64,000 bases of DNA. It comes from Alphaproteobacteria bacterium (lineage in GTDB: Bacteria > Pseudomonadota > Alphaproteobacteria > Micavibrionales > Micavibrionaceae). Below, in pieces: positions 24,766 to 35,345 of the stretch. The position numbers were made by a program, and so were the translations under genes. Each line of letters opens with the position of its first letter. Position 1 is the first letter of the stretch. The notes below the pieces were generated by a model that worked only from the letters and a program-made list of their open reading frames with translations, had not been told where the DNA came from and ran no database searches. Location: assembly GCA_023301585.1 (NCBI GenBank), contig JAMASZ010000056.1, positions 729 to 64,728 of the forward strand, written 5' to 3'.

Positions 24766-26196
24766 TTATTTTTGTTCTCGTCTTAGATCCCCGATATCTG
24801 AAACAAGTTTGTTTATTTCTCTTGCGCCCGAGTTTTTCTGCCTGCCAAACACCTCAACCTCGACGACAGTCATCGTGTCATTCTTCAATGTCTGAAAGAC
24901 GATCTGTATCATGGCCAGACCCGTTGACGTCATTTTTGACCCCTTCACTACCGATGACGAAGGTGGTGATGGTGATGGTGATGGTGATGGTGATGGTGAT
25001 GGTGATGACGATGGTACCAGTCGTTCGTCAGCCTTTTGCGTCCACGCGTTGGTTTGGAGTACATCGACAACGCGAGACACGGCTGCTTCCAACCCGAGGT
25101 TAAATTCGATTTTTCTGTGCTCTTTCGCTACAAGCTTCGAAGCAGCAGCCCTCTGACCAGCGGGTGGAAGTTTGCTCTTGAACCGAGGCAGGCTTTTTGA
25201 CCCTTGTAATGGCAAGTGTGGTGCTGATAAAGGCCTCCCCGTGTCCCGCAGCCACTCGTGATCGAGGATGGTCTTTGCTCCGGGTCGAAACAGTGGGTTG
25301 GGTGTCAAGAGTTTGGTGATGAGATCGCGTGCGAGATCGGACACGGAGGCCGGTGTGTCGAACTTGCCCGTCTTGATTTTTTGGATGACGATCTCGGGGT
25401 TGTTGGAGTCGAACGGCAGGTACCCGGCAATGAGCACGAAAAGAACGATCCCACATGACCATATGTCGGCCTTGTCTCCTCTGTAGCTGTCTCTGTTTAC
25501 AATCTCGGGGGCCATGTACTGCGTCGTGCCACACATGGTGGATAACTTTTGCATTCTCTTTGACGGTAGGTTCCTGAACTTGTGATTTTTCGGCAAAGCT
25601 CCGTCTCGCGCGTCTGGTACGTAGTCAGAGAAAGCTTTGACGGTGGCGTTCATGGAGGCGTGTTCGTCGATGGGTGTGAGTCGCGCCTTCGTTTCACCAC
25701 TGTCGGCATGGGGGCCGGTTCCCATTTCCGGCTCCATGATAGACGCAAATCCAAAGTCGGCGATCTTTACATTGTCGTCGGCGTCGAGCAAAATATTCTC
25801 CGGTTTTATGTCTCGGTGACACACGTACAGGTTGTGACAGAACTTGACTGCGTCCATGATTTGCCCGAAGTACCTCTTGGCCACATTTTCGGAGAGCTTG
25901 CCTTGTTGAGCGATCTTGGTAAACAGTTCGCCGCCACCGGCGTACTCGAGCACGAGGTACAGGTGCGAGTTGGACATGAGTACTTCTTGAATGCGGACAA
26001 TGTTGGGATGGTTTAATTTTTTCATGGTGGTTATTTCTTTTTTGACCTGTGGCCCCATGTTGCTCTTCTGGATCCTGCTCTTCGAGATACACTTGACGGC
26101 GACTTTTTCACCGGTCTTGCGATCCTCGGCGATGTTGACGGTGCCGAACGCACCGGACCCGATCTCTTTGCCAATCTCATAGTTGGAAATTATCAT
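24766..26196 (-). CDS. Ser/Thr protein kinase (SNF1/AMPK/CAMK-like) with (SP)n tract
   Basis: ATG 26196. GSGAFGTV, VAVKCI, HRDIKPENILL, DFGFA, TTQYMAPE. C-terminal SSPSPSPSPSPSPSPP. The stop is 1 nt from the stop of the convergent HK. Confidence 0.9.
   Translation of the reverse strand: MIISNYEIGKEIGSGAFGTVNIAEDRKTGEKVAVKCISKSRIQKSNMGPQVKKEITTMKKLNHPNIVRIQEVLMSNSHLYLVLEYAGGGELFTKIAQQGKLSENVAKRYFGQIMDAVKFCHNLYVCHRDIKPENILLDADDNVKIADFGFASIMEPEMGTGPHADSGETKARLTPIDEHASMNATVKAFSDYVPDARDGALPKNHKFRNLPSKRMQKLSTMCGTTQYMAPEIVNRDSYRGDKADIWSCGIVLFVLIAGYLPFDSNNPEIVIQKIKTGKFDTPASVSDLARDLITKLLTPNPLFRPGAKTILDHEWLRDTGRPLSAPHLPLQGSKSLPRFKSKLPPAGQRAAASKLVAKEHRKIEFNLGLEAAVSRVVDVLQTNAWTQKADERLVPSSSPSPSPSPSPSPSPPSSSVVKGSKMTSTGLAMIQIVFQTLKNDTMTVVEVEVFGRQKNSGAREINKLVSDIGDLRREQK
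24962..25012. repeat. (GGTGAT)n hexanucleotide repeat, about 7 units
   Basis: Read directly; encodes (SP)n on the minus strand. Confidence 0.9.
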
Positions 26197-26251
26197 GGGT
26201 TGCGACGGGCGTGGTGTTATACCACAGAGAAAACATTTTATATTTGATTTA

Positions 26252-27007
26252 TCACATGTTCTGCATCATCTGGTTGTTTATAATGGAGAGTCTTTTGCTG
26301 AGAGGTATCTGTTCGACCGTCACGCACTTGGTTTGGCCGGCGCCGTCGTCGTCTTCGTCGGTGTCCGTGGCATCCGACTCTGAGTCTGCGTTACCTCTGC
26401 GTTTGTTTTTGTTTTCAGTGTCGCTGTCGTCGCTGCAGGTTTCGCTGTCGCTGCCGCTGTCGCGGTCACGGTCGCTGCCGCTGTCGCGGTCGCTGTCGCG
26501 GTCGCGGTCGCGGTCGCTGTCGCGGTCGCCGTCGCCGTCGTCGTCGCTGTCGCCGTCGCTGTCGCCGTCGTCGTCGCTGCATGTTTCGCTGACATCACTG
26601 TGGGTCGATGCGTCGTCCGAGTCTCGGGGAGCAGCCCGTGATTGTGAATCGTCGTCGTTGCCCCACTTGATGAGGATTTCTCTGTTTCCCAGTCGGACGC
26701 ATTTGAATCCGATGGATTTGTAGTGGCGAAGTATCATTTTCTCCACCTTTGACGCTTGGAAGACGGGTTGGCCCCACAGAATACCGGGTATTTTGAAGTG
26801 AAGACTGGTGTGCCTCGGAGCGCGTTCCCGGATCCGCGGGTCTATGTGTTTGACAAGATCTTTGAAGGCCAGCTTTTCCGGGTGTTTGGAAGAATCTGAA
26901 AGGTTAATAATTTCATCGACAGATCTGATTGCCATGTTACTTTTATTTCGCGTCACGTCACGTCCGTCTACGTGTATATATTGATCGATAAATAATATAT
27001 CTTCCAT
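26252..27007 (-). CDS. Hypothetical protein with Asp/Ser-rich acidic repeat tail
   Basis: Track ORF extends to 27190 but would overlap the divergent helicase gene. ATG 27007 (MEDILFIDQYIHVDG..) gives 251 aa. Tail: DDDGDSDGDSDDDGDGDRDSDRDRDRDSDRDSGSDRDRDSGSD. Confidence 0.5.
   Translation of the reverse strand: MEDILFIDQYIHVDGRDVTRNKSNMAIRSVDEIINLSDSSKHPEKLAFKDLVKHIDPRIRERAPRHTSLHFKIPGILWGQPVFQASKVEKMILRHYKSIGFKCVRLGNREILIKWGNDDDSQSRAAPRDSDDASTHSDVSETCSDDDGDSDGDSDDDGDGDRDSDRDRDRDSDRDSGSDRDRDSGSDSETCSDDSDTENKNKRRGNADSESDATDTDEDDDGAGQTKCVTVEQIPLSKRLSIINNQMMQNM
26419..26579. repeat. Imperfect GTCGC(T/G/C) hexamer-based low-complexity repeat
   Basis: gtcgctgtcgcggtcgcggtcgcggtcgctgtcgcggtcgccgtcgcc.. 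read directly. Confidence 0.8.
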
Positions 27008-27055
27008 TATAACCGAGTGAGCGATCAAAGGTGTCGGTCTCCTGGTGTACCGTAG

Positions 27056-28885
27056 ATGAACGCCGCTGTGAATGTGCGCGACGATGAAGAAGAGCAAGAA
27101 GACTTTGTGAGCAAGGAGGATATCCTGACGAGGTTTGAGGAGATCGAGATGAGGTGGAAGGTCGAGCCGACCCCCGACGGCTTCCGACACCTACTGGAAA
27201 TTTTCGAGATTACAGATGCCGACGATCTCATCCCTCAGCGCATCAACGACATCCACAAGTCCGACTGGAATATGTACATCGACCTGCGAGACGAGCTAAC
27301 CCACAGGTGCGACGAGGAGGCGTCGGACGAGGATCTCGAACGGTTTTCTCGATTCCAAGAAACGATCTTCCACGCTCATCAGAGCATAATGATGTTTATG
27401 CGTTCATCCAACTGCAATGGGTCATTCCCGACGCCGATGACGCCCGAGACGATTTTTTGGTACTCTCCGCTGGACAAGAAGGATATGACTCCGTACCACT
27501 TCCTGGTCCTCTTTCTTCTGGGGGAGCTGAGCCGACGACGATATCGTCGCTTCGACGGGCACGTGTACAAGCAGGTGTTTATCGGGAGCTACCCGACCCA
27601 CGCGTGGGAACCGAAGTGTGAGATCAGCGTGATTGTGAGGATGCTCTGCGACAAGGAGACCCACTGCGAGATGTGGAAGCACGCCAACATGGGCGGTAAC
27701 ATGGACGCGTGCGTGAAGTACCTCAACAATTGCTGTGATCTCGAGTTCCCGGATCTAAATGCCAAGCGAAGAGTCTGGAGCTTCAACGACGGCATCTACG
27801 ACGCGTCGGACGACTCGTTTGTACCCTACGATCAATACATTGACGATCATCTGGTGTCGTGCAAGATCATACCCAACGATTTTCACGACGCCTACTTTAG
27901 CTCTCCGTCTCGTGTCGCGGAGAAGCTCAAGTTCGGGGATCTGAAAACGCCTCTGTTCGATTCGATCTTCGAACCCCAGCGATGGGATGGGGACATGCTG
28001 TGGTGGATGTTCGTTTTCATCGGGAGGCTTTTCTACGAGGTTTCTGAGATGGACTCGTGGCAGGTGATCCCTTTCATGAAAGGCGTCGCCGGCACGGGTA
28101 AGTCGACCGTCATCAAGGTCATCCAGATGATGTACAACCCGGCGGACGTTGGCGTGATTTCGAACAATATCGAGAAAAAGTTTGGGCTGTCGACGATATA
28201 CAACAAGACCATCTTCGTCGTGCCCGAGCTGAAGGGGGACTTCGCCATGGACCAGGCCGATTTTCAGAGCATGGTCACGGGAGAAATTTTGTCCATGCCG
28301 GTCAAGAACGGGTCTCCCAAGACGGGTATGTGGACGACTCCTGGGATCATGGCCGGAAACGAGTCCGCGCGCTGGGAAGACAAGAGTGGCTCAATCTCGC
28401 GTCGGATCGTGGTCTTCCCGTTCTCGAACAAGGTCCCTCAGATCCAACTGAACCCTGGCCTGATGGACGAGATCAAGGACAACGAGATGCCGCAAATTAT
28501 CCGCAAGAGCACTCTCGCTTACCACGAGGCGGTTCAAAAGTTCAGCTCGGGTGACATCTGGCAGGCCCTCCCCCCGCGGATACGAGACGAGAAGAAGAAG
28601 CTGCAGTACAGCACCAATCCTCTGTTCGCGTTCATCAGCTCGGACAACGTGGTTCTTTCCGACGACGAGTACACGCTGGAGAGCATGTTCGTGCAGAAGC
28701 TGAAGGCGTTCGCGACGCTCAAGTTTCCTAGTTCCACCATAACTTTCAACGAGGATTTCTACTCTTACATTTTTAGCGATTTTGGTTTGTCGATCCGCAA
28801 AGAGTCGTTGCCGTGGCCGAGATCAAGCAGGGACAACTTTCAGCTACAGAGTTATCTTTTCGGGTGTAAGATCTGCGACGTCTAG
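27056..28885 (+). CDS. D5-type superfamily-3 helicase (NCLDV primase-helicase family, helicase part)
   Basis: ATG 27056. Walker A GVAGTGKST, Walker B IFVVPEL, motif C IMAGNE, RRIVVFPF. Confidence 0.85.
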   Translation: MNAAVNVRDDEEEQEDFVSKEDILTRFEEIEMRWKVEPTPDGFRHLLEIFEITDADDLIPQRINDIHKSDWNMYIDLRDELTHRCDEEASDEDLERFSRFQETIFHAHQSIMMFMRSSNCNGSFPTPMTPETIFWYSPLDKKDMTPYHFLVLFLLGELSRRRYRRFDGHVYKQVFIGSYPTHAWEPKCEISVIVRMLCDKETHCEMWKHANMGGNMDACVKYLNNCCDLEFPDLNAKRRVWSFNDGIYDASDDSFVPYDQYIDDHLVSCKIIPNDFHDAYFSSPSRVAEKLKFGDLKTPLFDSIFEPQRWDGDMLWWMFVFIGRLFYEVSEMDSWQVIPFMKGVAGTGKSTVIKVIQMMYNPADVGVISNNIEKKFGLSTIYNKTIFVVPELKGDFAMDQADFQSMVTGEILSMPVKNGSPKTGMWTTPGIMAGNESARWEDKSGSISRRIVVFPFSNKVPQIQLNPGLMDEIKDNEMPQIIRKSTLAYHEAVQKFSSGDIWQALPPRIRDEKKKLQYSTNPLFAFISSDNVVLSDDEYTLESMFVQKLKAFATLKFPSSTITFNEDFYSYIFSDFGLSIRKESLPWPRSSRDNFQLQSYLFGCKICDV

Positions 28886-28957
28886 TTTTTACATTCCTCG
28901 TTTGTGTATGTCGATAAAGATTATCAGACTGTTATAAACAAGATAAAACTCGAAAAC

Positions 28958-29653
28958 ATGGAGACGGTGTCAAAAAAATACAGGTGCGCCTCAATTGACA
29001 TCGGCGTCAAAAACCTGGCGCTTTGTGTGATCGAGTTTCTTGAACGAGGTGACGGCACGTTCTCGTTCAACCTTGTCCACGTGGAGCGCGTCGCGATCGG
29101 CCGAAGTAGTGATACGATCCACGTCCTCGCCAAGAGACTGTTGGCCTTTTACGACACCAATGACGCCCTGACAAACCAACGGCTGGACTTCGTGTTCATC
29201 GAGCAACAGCTCTCGCGCGCTGTCAAGAACATTGTGCTGGCGTACAGTACAATGGCGTATTTCGAAACAAGAAACAAGATATGCAGGAATGCCGACGCGA
29301 AAGTAGTCTTTGTCTCTCCGACTAAAAAGTTTAAGGCAATCAAGTTCACATTTGCCGCGGACCTCATCGACTCGATCGACTTCGACCGTCGTGGGAGAAA
29401 CTTGAAGAAACTATCGGTTGACATAGCAACACTCTTGTTCACCTCTTTCCACGTGGAGGTCGGTTTGAGGGCCCTTTCGCAGTACAGGCCCAAGCTCGAC
29501 GACGTGTCGGACGTTTTTCTTCAAAGCTTTGCTTTCTTCTTGGAAAAATTCTCATCTGAACCCGTGGTGCACGTGCGAGGAGATCGGGCCTCTTTCTCGT
29601 TTATTCGAGCCGAGAAGCACGGCCAGTGTAAAGACGCCGATGAAAAGGCATAG
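28958..29653 (+). CDS. RuvC-fold Holliday-junction resolvase (poxvirus A22-like)
   Basis: Track start is GTG; first ATG 28958 (METVSKKYRCASIDIGVKNLALCVIE). Catalytic-acid pattern IDIG.., FVFIEQQ, ..LDDVSDVFLQ. Confidence 0.75.
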   Translation: METVSKKYRCASIDIGVKNLALCVIEFLERGDGTFSFNLVHVERVAIGRSSDTIHVLAKRLLAFYDTNDALTNQRLDFVFIEQQLSRAVKNIVLAYSTMAYFETRNKICRNADAKVVFVSPTKKFKAIKFTFAADLIDSIDFDRRGRNLKKLSVDIATLLFTSFHVEVGLRALSQYRPKLDDVSDVFLQSFAFFLEKFSSEPVVHVRGDRASFSFIRAEKHGQCKDADEKA

Positions 29654-30051
29654 GAGGTGACAGTCCTGACGGTCGATCGTGATATGAATCTCGTAGTTGC
29701 TGCGAGGTTTTTGCCGAGGGGGTGTTTGCGCGGTACCGAGGGCGGGTTTTACCATTTTCTCTGTTTTGGCTTTTGTATTCACCAACTCCACGCTTCGCAT
29801 TTGCCGAGCAAAGGTGGTGCCATACGCGTCGCTGAGAAGAAGGGGCATCTGTGAATGGATAGGGTGTTGATTGAACAAAACATTTTTAAAATCGGCGCAA
29901 TACTTTTTGACAGTCCACTTTCCCCACCCAAAAAGTACCGTAAACTTTCTGCTCGGAAAACCATGCACACCCATCCACTTTCGCCACCTCAGTCTCCGAG
30001 CCTCTCATCTTCGCCGATCGCTCACTCCGCCACAACTCTCGAAAACCGAAC

Positions 30052-31053
30052 ATGTCTTCTTCGCCCGTGATCCCGACGTCTGTGCAAGAGTTCTTCGCTG
30101 GCTCGGGCGGGATCAACGTCCTCGCGTCTCCCATGTTCTTGCGGAAGCACACCGGTAAAAATCGAGTTTTTCTTCCCGTGCACGACATCTACCACGCGGG
30201 GAAGGACGCCGGGGGCAACGCCGTGTACACCGTGTACCGAATCCTGGCGAAGGAGTACAAGCACAACACCATCCAGGGGATGCTCTGCGTGTCGTTGATT
30301 TCCGGGTACGGCGTGAAGGATGGTGACGCTGGCGGTGGCGAGAAGACGTTGTTCAAAAGACCCAACGACCTCAAGAAGTTGATGACGGAGGCCACGACAT
30401 CGATCAAACGTAATTCGGTCGTGGTGTTCAAGACCGGAATGGTTGTCAGGCTAGAAGACATCGAGATATTCTGTGATCTCCCCATCATCAACAAGCGAGA
30501 GCTCATCGCGAAGCAGAGCGTCGGCGCCGTGTGCAAGCGCGACAGTTACAAGGCCACCAGAGGAGAAGACAACTGGGCGCACGTGAAGCAGGGTGCCCTG
30601 ATAAAAGACATGGAGGCGTCCGTGCACCAGCTGCTGCTCCCGTACTACAGGCGTTTCCGGGACAACGACGAAGACTCTCAGCACTTTTTCAAGGCCTTTA
30701 TGGAAGACATAATTCGAACGTGCTCGGCCCACCACAAGAACTTCACGGACTCGGGCGACTTTGATGATCTGCTGAACGGGATTGCCGAGTACAACAAGAA
30801 GCGGTCTTTACCGTCATTGCAGACCGAGACGCGTCCGAGGAAGAAATGGGGTGGGAAGTCCGAGGTGGCTGAAGCGAGTGCGTCCAAGTCCAAGTCGAAG
30901 TCTGGGTCCGAGGTCAAGTGCGACTCCCAGTCCGCGTCCTCGCATGGGTCCGTGTCTCCTTCCAACCCCGAGCAAACGTCTTCCAAGAGGGACCCCGTCA
31001 AGGAGGCGTTGAAGAATGTACCGAGGGAGAAAATAGCTTCGATCATTTTTTAA
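30052..31053 (+). CDS. Hypothetical protein
   Basis: ATG 30052, 333 aa. Ser/Lys-rich C-terminus. No family recognised. Confidence 0.55.
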   Translation: MSSSPVIPTSVQEFFAGSGGINVLASPMFLRKHTGKNRVFLPVHDIYHAGKDAGGNAVYTVYRILAKEYKHNTIQGMLCVSLISGYGVKDGDAGGGEKTLFKRPNDLKKLMTEATTSIKRNSVVVFKTGMVVRLEDIEIFCDLPIINKRELIAKQSVGAVCKRDSYKATRGEDNWAHVKQGALIKDMEASVHQLLLPYYRRFRDNDEDSQHFFKAFMEDIIRTCSAHHKNFTDSGDFDDLLNGIAEYNKKRSLPSLQTETRPRKKWGGKSEVAEASASKSKSKSGSEVKCDSQSASSHGSVSPSNPEQTSSKRDPVKEALKNVPREKIASIIF

Positions 31054-31131
31054 AAGAAGAGTCGAAGAGTGTTACAAAAATTTAAAAATATTTGTCTCTT
31101 GTGTGTATCATCGGGTGTTGTCGAGTGCAGA

Positions 31132-31557
31132 ATGTCGAGGTTTTCCGATTTCAGCCTGTACAAGAGAACCGACGAGCTTCTTCGTCCGGCAGAGAAAGAT
31201 CTCCGCGACCGTTTTTACTCGTCCGAAAACATTCGACTGATTTACAAAAAGGCCTTGTCGGACATCATCGCTGGTGTGTCGTACTCGCACGTGATGACCA
31301 CGATGGACGCGGTGTTTCGACTCGCGATTACAAAAACAGAAGAATTGCCGGACGTGTCTGACATGAACGCCGGTGTTCTTCGGAAGATACAAACTGATAC
31401 CGCTAGGGTGAACGCGAGCCAGAAGCGATACACCGAGCGAGTCTTTAGCAAGAACAACCTTCCGACCAACTTCCTCCCGAGGCCGTCGTACCGCTCTACT
31501 ATCGATGACGGCAACGGTGACGAAGAAGACAACACAATCGAGCTTCTGCGGAGATAA
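31132..31557 (+). CDS. Hypothetical protein
   Basis: Track start is GTG; first ATG 31132 (MSRFSDFSLYKRTDELL..), 141 aa. Confidence 0.45.
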   Translation: MSRFSDFSLYKRTDELLRPAEKDLRDRFYSSENIRLIYKKALSDIIAGVSYSHVMTTMDAVFRLAITKTEELPDVSDMNAGVLRKIQTDTARVNASQKRYTERVFSKNNLPTNFLPRPSYRSTIDDGNGDEEDNTIELLRR

Positions 31558-31593
31558 AATGTTTGTTGGGTGTTACAGTAACGGCCAGCTCGC

Positions 31594-32418
31594 ATGCCCA
31601 AAAAAAAACCCGCCCGTTCTTCGAGGGAGGAAGGAAGTAGCGACTCGACCTGCAATATTTCTCCGTTGCACGTTCTCAGCACGTTGAAAATGATCGGGGC
31701 TTCTCCTTCAAAAGTTGCCAGCGTCAAGACAAAATCTGATATGTGCCACCACATCTCTCGAGCTCTTGGCCTCAACTGCTTGCGGGACTGGAAGTTCAAG
31801 GCCTTCTTGGGGGCGGGTGTCTACGGCAGCATATTTAGCGTGAGAAGTAAGAGCGGTGCGGTTCGGGCGGCCAAGATCGTCGGCGTCAACCCGGCTCCCG
31901 AGGTCAGGGCTCAGCGGAAGCTGGCGGACATCGGCATCGCGCCCAGGTTGTACGACTCGTGCAAGCTCTCCGGCAACGTTTGGGTAATGATTATGGAAAA
32001 GATCGATGGAACGCTCCAAGATTTGGTCGGGGGTACGAAAAGTCTAAGCAGGCGGCGGCTGGATTCTGTTTTTCGCGAGGTTGTGGCACTTGTAGAAAAA
32101 ATGGAAGGCGCCGGTGTGTGTCACGGGGACCTGTCTCTCGATAACGTGGGGTACGTGACGCGTCCGGACGGACGACTTAGGTTGGTGCTGATTGATTTCG
32201 GGTGGAGCGGGCACCACGTCCCGATGTTCGACATGACGAGTCTTGCACAGTCTCTTCTTTTCACCAAGAACGAGGTAAATCGAAACTACCTTTACGACAA
32301 GACCCACCAGTACCTGCTGAAGAAACACAAGTTTCGCATTCCAGGATCGACCGACGGATTCGATTCCTATTTCAAAGACATGCAAAAGTCGTACGTCACC
32401 AACGTGAAACGACTGTGA
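31594..32418 (+). CDS. Small protein kinase-like protein
   Basis: ATG 31594. Gly-loop LGAGVYGSIFSV, Lys AAKIV, catalytic loop CHGDLSLDNVGY, LIDFGWSG. Confidence 0.75.
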   Translation: MPKKKPARSSREEGSSDSTCNISPLHVLSTLKMIGASPSKVASVKTKSDMCHHISRALGLNCLRDWKFKAFLGAGVYGSIFSVRSKSGAVRAAKIVGVNPAPEVRAQRKLADIGIAPRLYDSCKLSGNVWVMIMEKIDGTLQDLVGGTKSLSRRRLDSVFREVVALVEKMEGAGVCHGDLSLDNVGYVTRPDGRLRLVLIDFGWSGHHVPMFDMTSLAQSLLFTKNEVNRNYLYDKTHQYLLKKHKFRIPGSTDGFDSYFKDMQKSYVTNVKRL

Positions 32419-32426
32419 CGTCACAG

Positions 32427-33839
32427 TCACCCGTCGGAGGGCAGCGTCATCGAAGGCGTCGTCTGCACGGCGTTGGTGTTGACTCCGAATATGGAGGCTG
32501 GCATTGACGACGCCCCTGGTCCTCGCATCGTTTTCCTCCTGGGCTTGCTGGTGTCGTTCGCGCCGTCGTTGGATTGGTTTGGCGCCGGCGACTGGTGGTT
32601 GGCATTTCTGGGGGGCGGTGCGGATCGAGGAGTTGGGAAGCTGCTGGCGACCGGCGTACTCTTGTTACGGTTGAGCATCCCCATCATGCTCATGACGGAG
32701 GACATGGGACTAACGCTCGACTTTTTCTTTTCGGAACCGCCTCCGCCCCGTCCGCCACCGATAGCGTTTCCAGCGTGGTGGAAAATGGCGGCCGACATGA
32801 AGGTGAATAGGATCTGCATCTCCGGTCCGACGGAGGATCTCCCTGAATACTTGTGGTGGATTTGTTCGAAGCAGTCGTCGTAGTCGTCCAGGTTCAGCAT
32901 CATGCTCTCCGAGAAGCCATCGAGCCTCAGATTGAAGGGATTGAAGTACGAATTTCCCGTCTCGACCAGCGTGGTGATGGTGACGAGAACACGCCTCATG
33001 ATTTTGATGGACTTCTTGGAGTTGCTCTCCCTCTGCATGCGGTAGCATTCGTACCTGATCTCGTCTATGTCGTCTTTGACGTCCCACTCCTTGGTGGCTG
33101 TGAACCCGTTCTTGCTCAAATTGATGATGCGCGTGAGCATCTCGACTTTCTCGTGAAGCAGTTCTTCTTTCCTTTTCTTTTTCTCACGAGCCACTTTTGT
33201 TCCCGATTTAGCTCTCGGGGAGTACTTGCCGGATGATCCAGAAGATGCGTAGGACACATCGCCACTAGACTTTGACGAACGCGACGTCACCGTTGACATC
33301 GACGATGAGTTGGTAGACGAGGTGGACCGCGACGACGCTATCGATGATGAGGAGGGGGACGTGGATGTGACAGAAGAGGAGGAGGAGACGGAGGCGTTGT
33401 AACCTACCTTCTTTTTCTTCTTCATCTGGTCGCCTTTGGATTTCTTGGGCTTGCCGCTTTCCTTGTTCTGGAAACTGTTTCCTTTCTTCGACCTCCCGAT
33501 CGAGTCCATCTGTCCAACGGGACCCGTCTTCAGGGAATTGACCAGTGTACCAAAGAGCTGAGAGTTGGTGTCGGGCTTCGCCACGGGGGGTGGTGGTGCA
33601 AGCGTTTGCCCTGGAGAAGGGGATATATTCTGTTTCTTATTCTTGTTCGACGTACCGTTGGTTTGTTTCGGTCGCGTTGGCGTTTTGGTGCCGAGCTTTT
33701 TAGTATTTTTCTTCTTGGTTCCTACCGATCCGACGAAACCAATCGGTGGGCGAGGAAAACTCGAGGCATCTCCGCCGGTGATGGTCTTCATGGACTTCAT
33801 GGCCTGCATGATGCCCTCTTCATTCGGTGGTGCCAACAT
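32427..33839 (-). CDS. Hypothetical Ser/Lys-rich protein with conserved-looking C-terminal domain
   Basis: ATG 33839, 470 aa. Long poly-Ser/Thr tract. Structured part: DDIDEIRYECYRMQRE..RRVLVTITTLVETGN..LRLDGFSESMMLNLDDYDDCFEQIHHKY. Confidence 0.55.
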   Translation of the reverse strand: MLAPPNEEGIMQAMKSMKTITGGDASSFPRPPIGFVGSVGTKKKNTKKLGTKTPTRPKQTNGTSNKNKKQNISPSPGQTLAPPPPVAKPDTNSQLFGTLVNSLKTGPVGQMDSIGRSKKGNSFQNKESGKPKKSKGDQMKKKKKVGYNASVSSSSSVTSTSPSSSSIASSRSTSSTNSSSMSTVTSRSSKSSGDVSYASSGSSGKYSPRAKSGTKVAREKKKRKEELLHEKVEMLTRIINLSKNGFTATKEWDVKDDIDEIRYECYRMQRESNSKKSIKIMRRVLVTITTLVETGNSYFNPFNLRLDGFSESMMLNLDDYDDCFEQIHHKYSGRSSVGPEMQILFTFMSAAIFHHAGNAIGGGRGGGGSEKKKSSVSPMSSVMSMMGMLNRNKSTPVASSFPTPRSAPPPRNANHQSPAPNQSNDGANDTSKPRRKTMRGPGASSMPASIFGVNTNAVQTTPSMTLPSDG

Positions 33840-33900
33840 CTGATCCTTGAAATTGAATAAAAGTTAGTTAATTGAAGCCTAAATTATAATTTCAGCTTTC

Positions 33901-34227
33901 TCAACGCGACGAATCCGTGTGTGTCTGGAGCTTCTCCCTCATCTTCTTCATACCTCCGAGTGCCCCGACTACCACGAGGTTATTTTCACGATACTTCTGA
34001 ATGTCGGTCAATCTCTTCTTTATTTCCTCGTTGTTGCTGGTCTGGATAGAAGTCAGGTTGTTGATTTCACTTTCAATCAGGTCGAGAGTGTAAATGTATG
34101 TCCCCTTTCTTGTCTGATCCCTCGTTGCTGTAGTGGCGGCGTCGGCGTTGGCGGTGGTGCGCGACGTGAATATTTCAGACATTGGGATCAGAGGGGCGTG
34201 GTTGCCGGAGGTGTTGTCGGACGACAT
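33901..34227 (-). CDS. Small hypothetical coiled-coil protein
   Basis: Track start is TTG; first ATG 34227 (MSSDNTSGNH..), 108 aa. Confidence 0.4.
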   Translation of the reverse strand: MSSDNTSGNHAPLIPMSEIFTSRTTANADAATTATRDQTRKGTYIYTLDLIESEINNLTSIQTSNNEEIKKRLTDIQKYRENNLVVVGALGGMKKMREKLQTHTDSSR

Positions 34228-34356
34228 CGTTGGTTGTCTCTTGAATCTGTTGTATTCTATATCAAGACAAAATATATTGGTTTGTTTCAACGCAATAAAA
34301 ACTTTTCTATCTACTTTGTAAGGACGACGTCATTCGCCGTTGCTCATTTGCAACGA

Positions 34357-35343
34357 ATGGACGACAACGATGGCATTGCCAACAAACCTCCGGCGACGGA
34401 AGGGTTTCATCGTCTGACGAAGAGAGTCAGGAGAAATCTGAAGCACACTCGAACAGATGCAAAATTTCTGAAGAAGATGAATGCCTCGTTTCCGGACGTC
34501 ACGTGCTCGATCGACCACTTTGTAGACATCTCTGATCATCAGCGCGCCAACCCGTCCGACGCCAGCGATCACGTGGGTCATATCGTGACCGGCGCCGACG
34601 CCGACAACGACGCCTACGAGGACGACGACGACGATACCACAATGGTACCGGATGTAAGAGGAGGTCCTGTCAACTGCCTGTCGAAAGAGTGGATCTGCCA
34701 AGTTTGTAACAAGGAATTAGTCTATATCCGCAAGGATGCGGCGCGTATCTGTCCGGATTGCGGTCTGTCGCATCCGTACCAGGAGATGACGAGAGAGGAC
34801 TGTATACGTCAGGGGTATGTCACCCACACTACTTACATGTACAAGCGGATCAATCACTTCAAGACATGGCTCAAGCGTACTCAGGGCAAGGAAACGACCG
34901 CTGTCGACAGCGACGTCGTCGGCAGCGTCCGCCTCGAGCTGAAGAAGCAGCGCGTGGACGATGTCACGACGGTCACGCATGTCAAGGTCAGAGAGATATT
35001 GAAGAAGCTTCGGTTGAACAAGCACTACAACAACTGCGTCCAGATCACTTCAATCATCACGGGAATAACACCGCCGCAGATGACAAACGAGCAGGAGATG
35101 GCCCTTCTCCAGATGTTCGACGTCATACAGGAGCCGTTCCAAGAAATCATACAGAGCGAACCTCGTCAGAACATGCTGTCGTACTCCTTCTTGATTCACA
35201 AGTTTTTAGAAATCATGTCGTGGGACGAATACCTTCCGTACTTTCCACTACTTCGCTCCGTCGACAAGATTCAGTACCAGGATTGGATCTGGAGGAAGCT
35301 TTGTACCAAGGTCGGTTTCCAGTACATCAAATCGACAATGTAG
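34357..35343 (+). CDS. VLTF3-like late transcription factor
   Basis: The real start is ATG 34357 (MDDNDG..); the track ORF from 33919 is an upstream read-through. Zn-ribbon CQVCNKE..CPDCGLSH, then YKRINHFKTWLKRTQGKE, which is typical of NCLDV VLTF3/A2L. Confidence 0.85.
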   Translation: MDDNDGIANKPPATEGFHRLTKRVRRNLKHTRTDAKFLKKMNASFPDVTCSIDHFVDISDHQRANPSDASDHVGHIVTGADADNDAYEDDDDDTTMVPDVRGGPVNCLSKEWICQVCNKELVYIRKDAARICPDCGLSHPYQEMTREDCIRQGYVTHTTYMYKRINHFKTWLKRTQGKETTAVDSDVVGSVRLELKKQRVDDVTTVTHVKVREILKKLRLNKHYNNCVQITSIITGITPPQMTNEQEMALLQMFDVIQEPFQEIIQSEPRQNMLSYSFLIHKFLEIMSWDEYLPYFPLLRSVDKIQYQDWIWRKLCTKVGFQYIKSTM

Positions 35344-35345
35344 AA

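Noticed and set aside
29552-29974. 140-aa minus-strand ORF in the 400-bp spacer between the resolvase and gene 30052
   Set aside because: It overlaps the resolvase 3' end and has an unremarkable composition. The region also carries a copy of the CCGTAAAC motif on the plus strand, which suggests it is promoter or spacer DNA.
33919-34356. N-terminal 146 codons of the 474-aa track ORF containing VLTF3
   Set aside because: This part starts at a non-ATG codon and is antisense to the better small ORF 33901-34227. The VLTF3-like sequence begins cleanly at ATG 34357.
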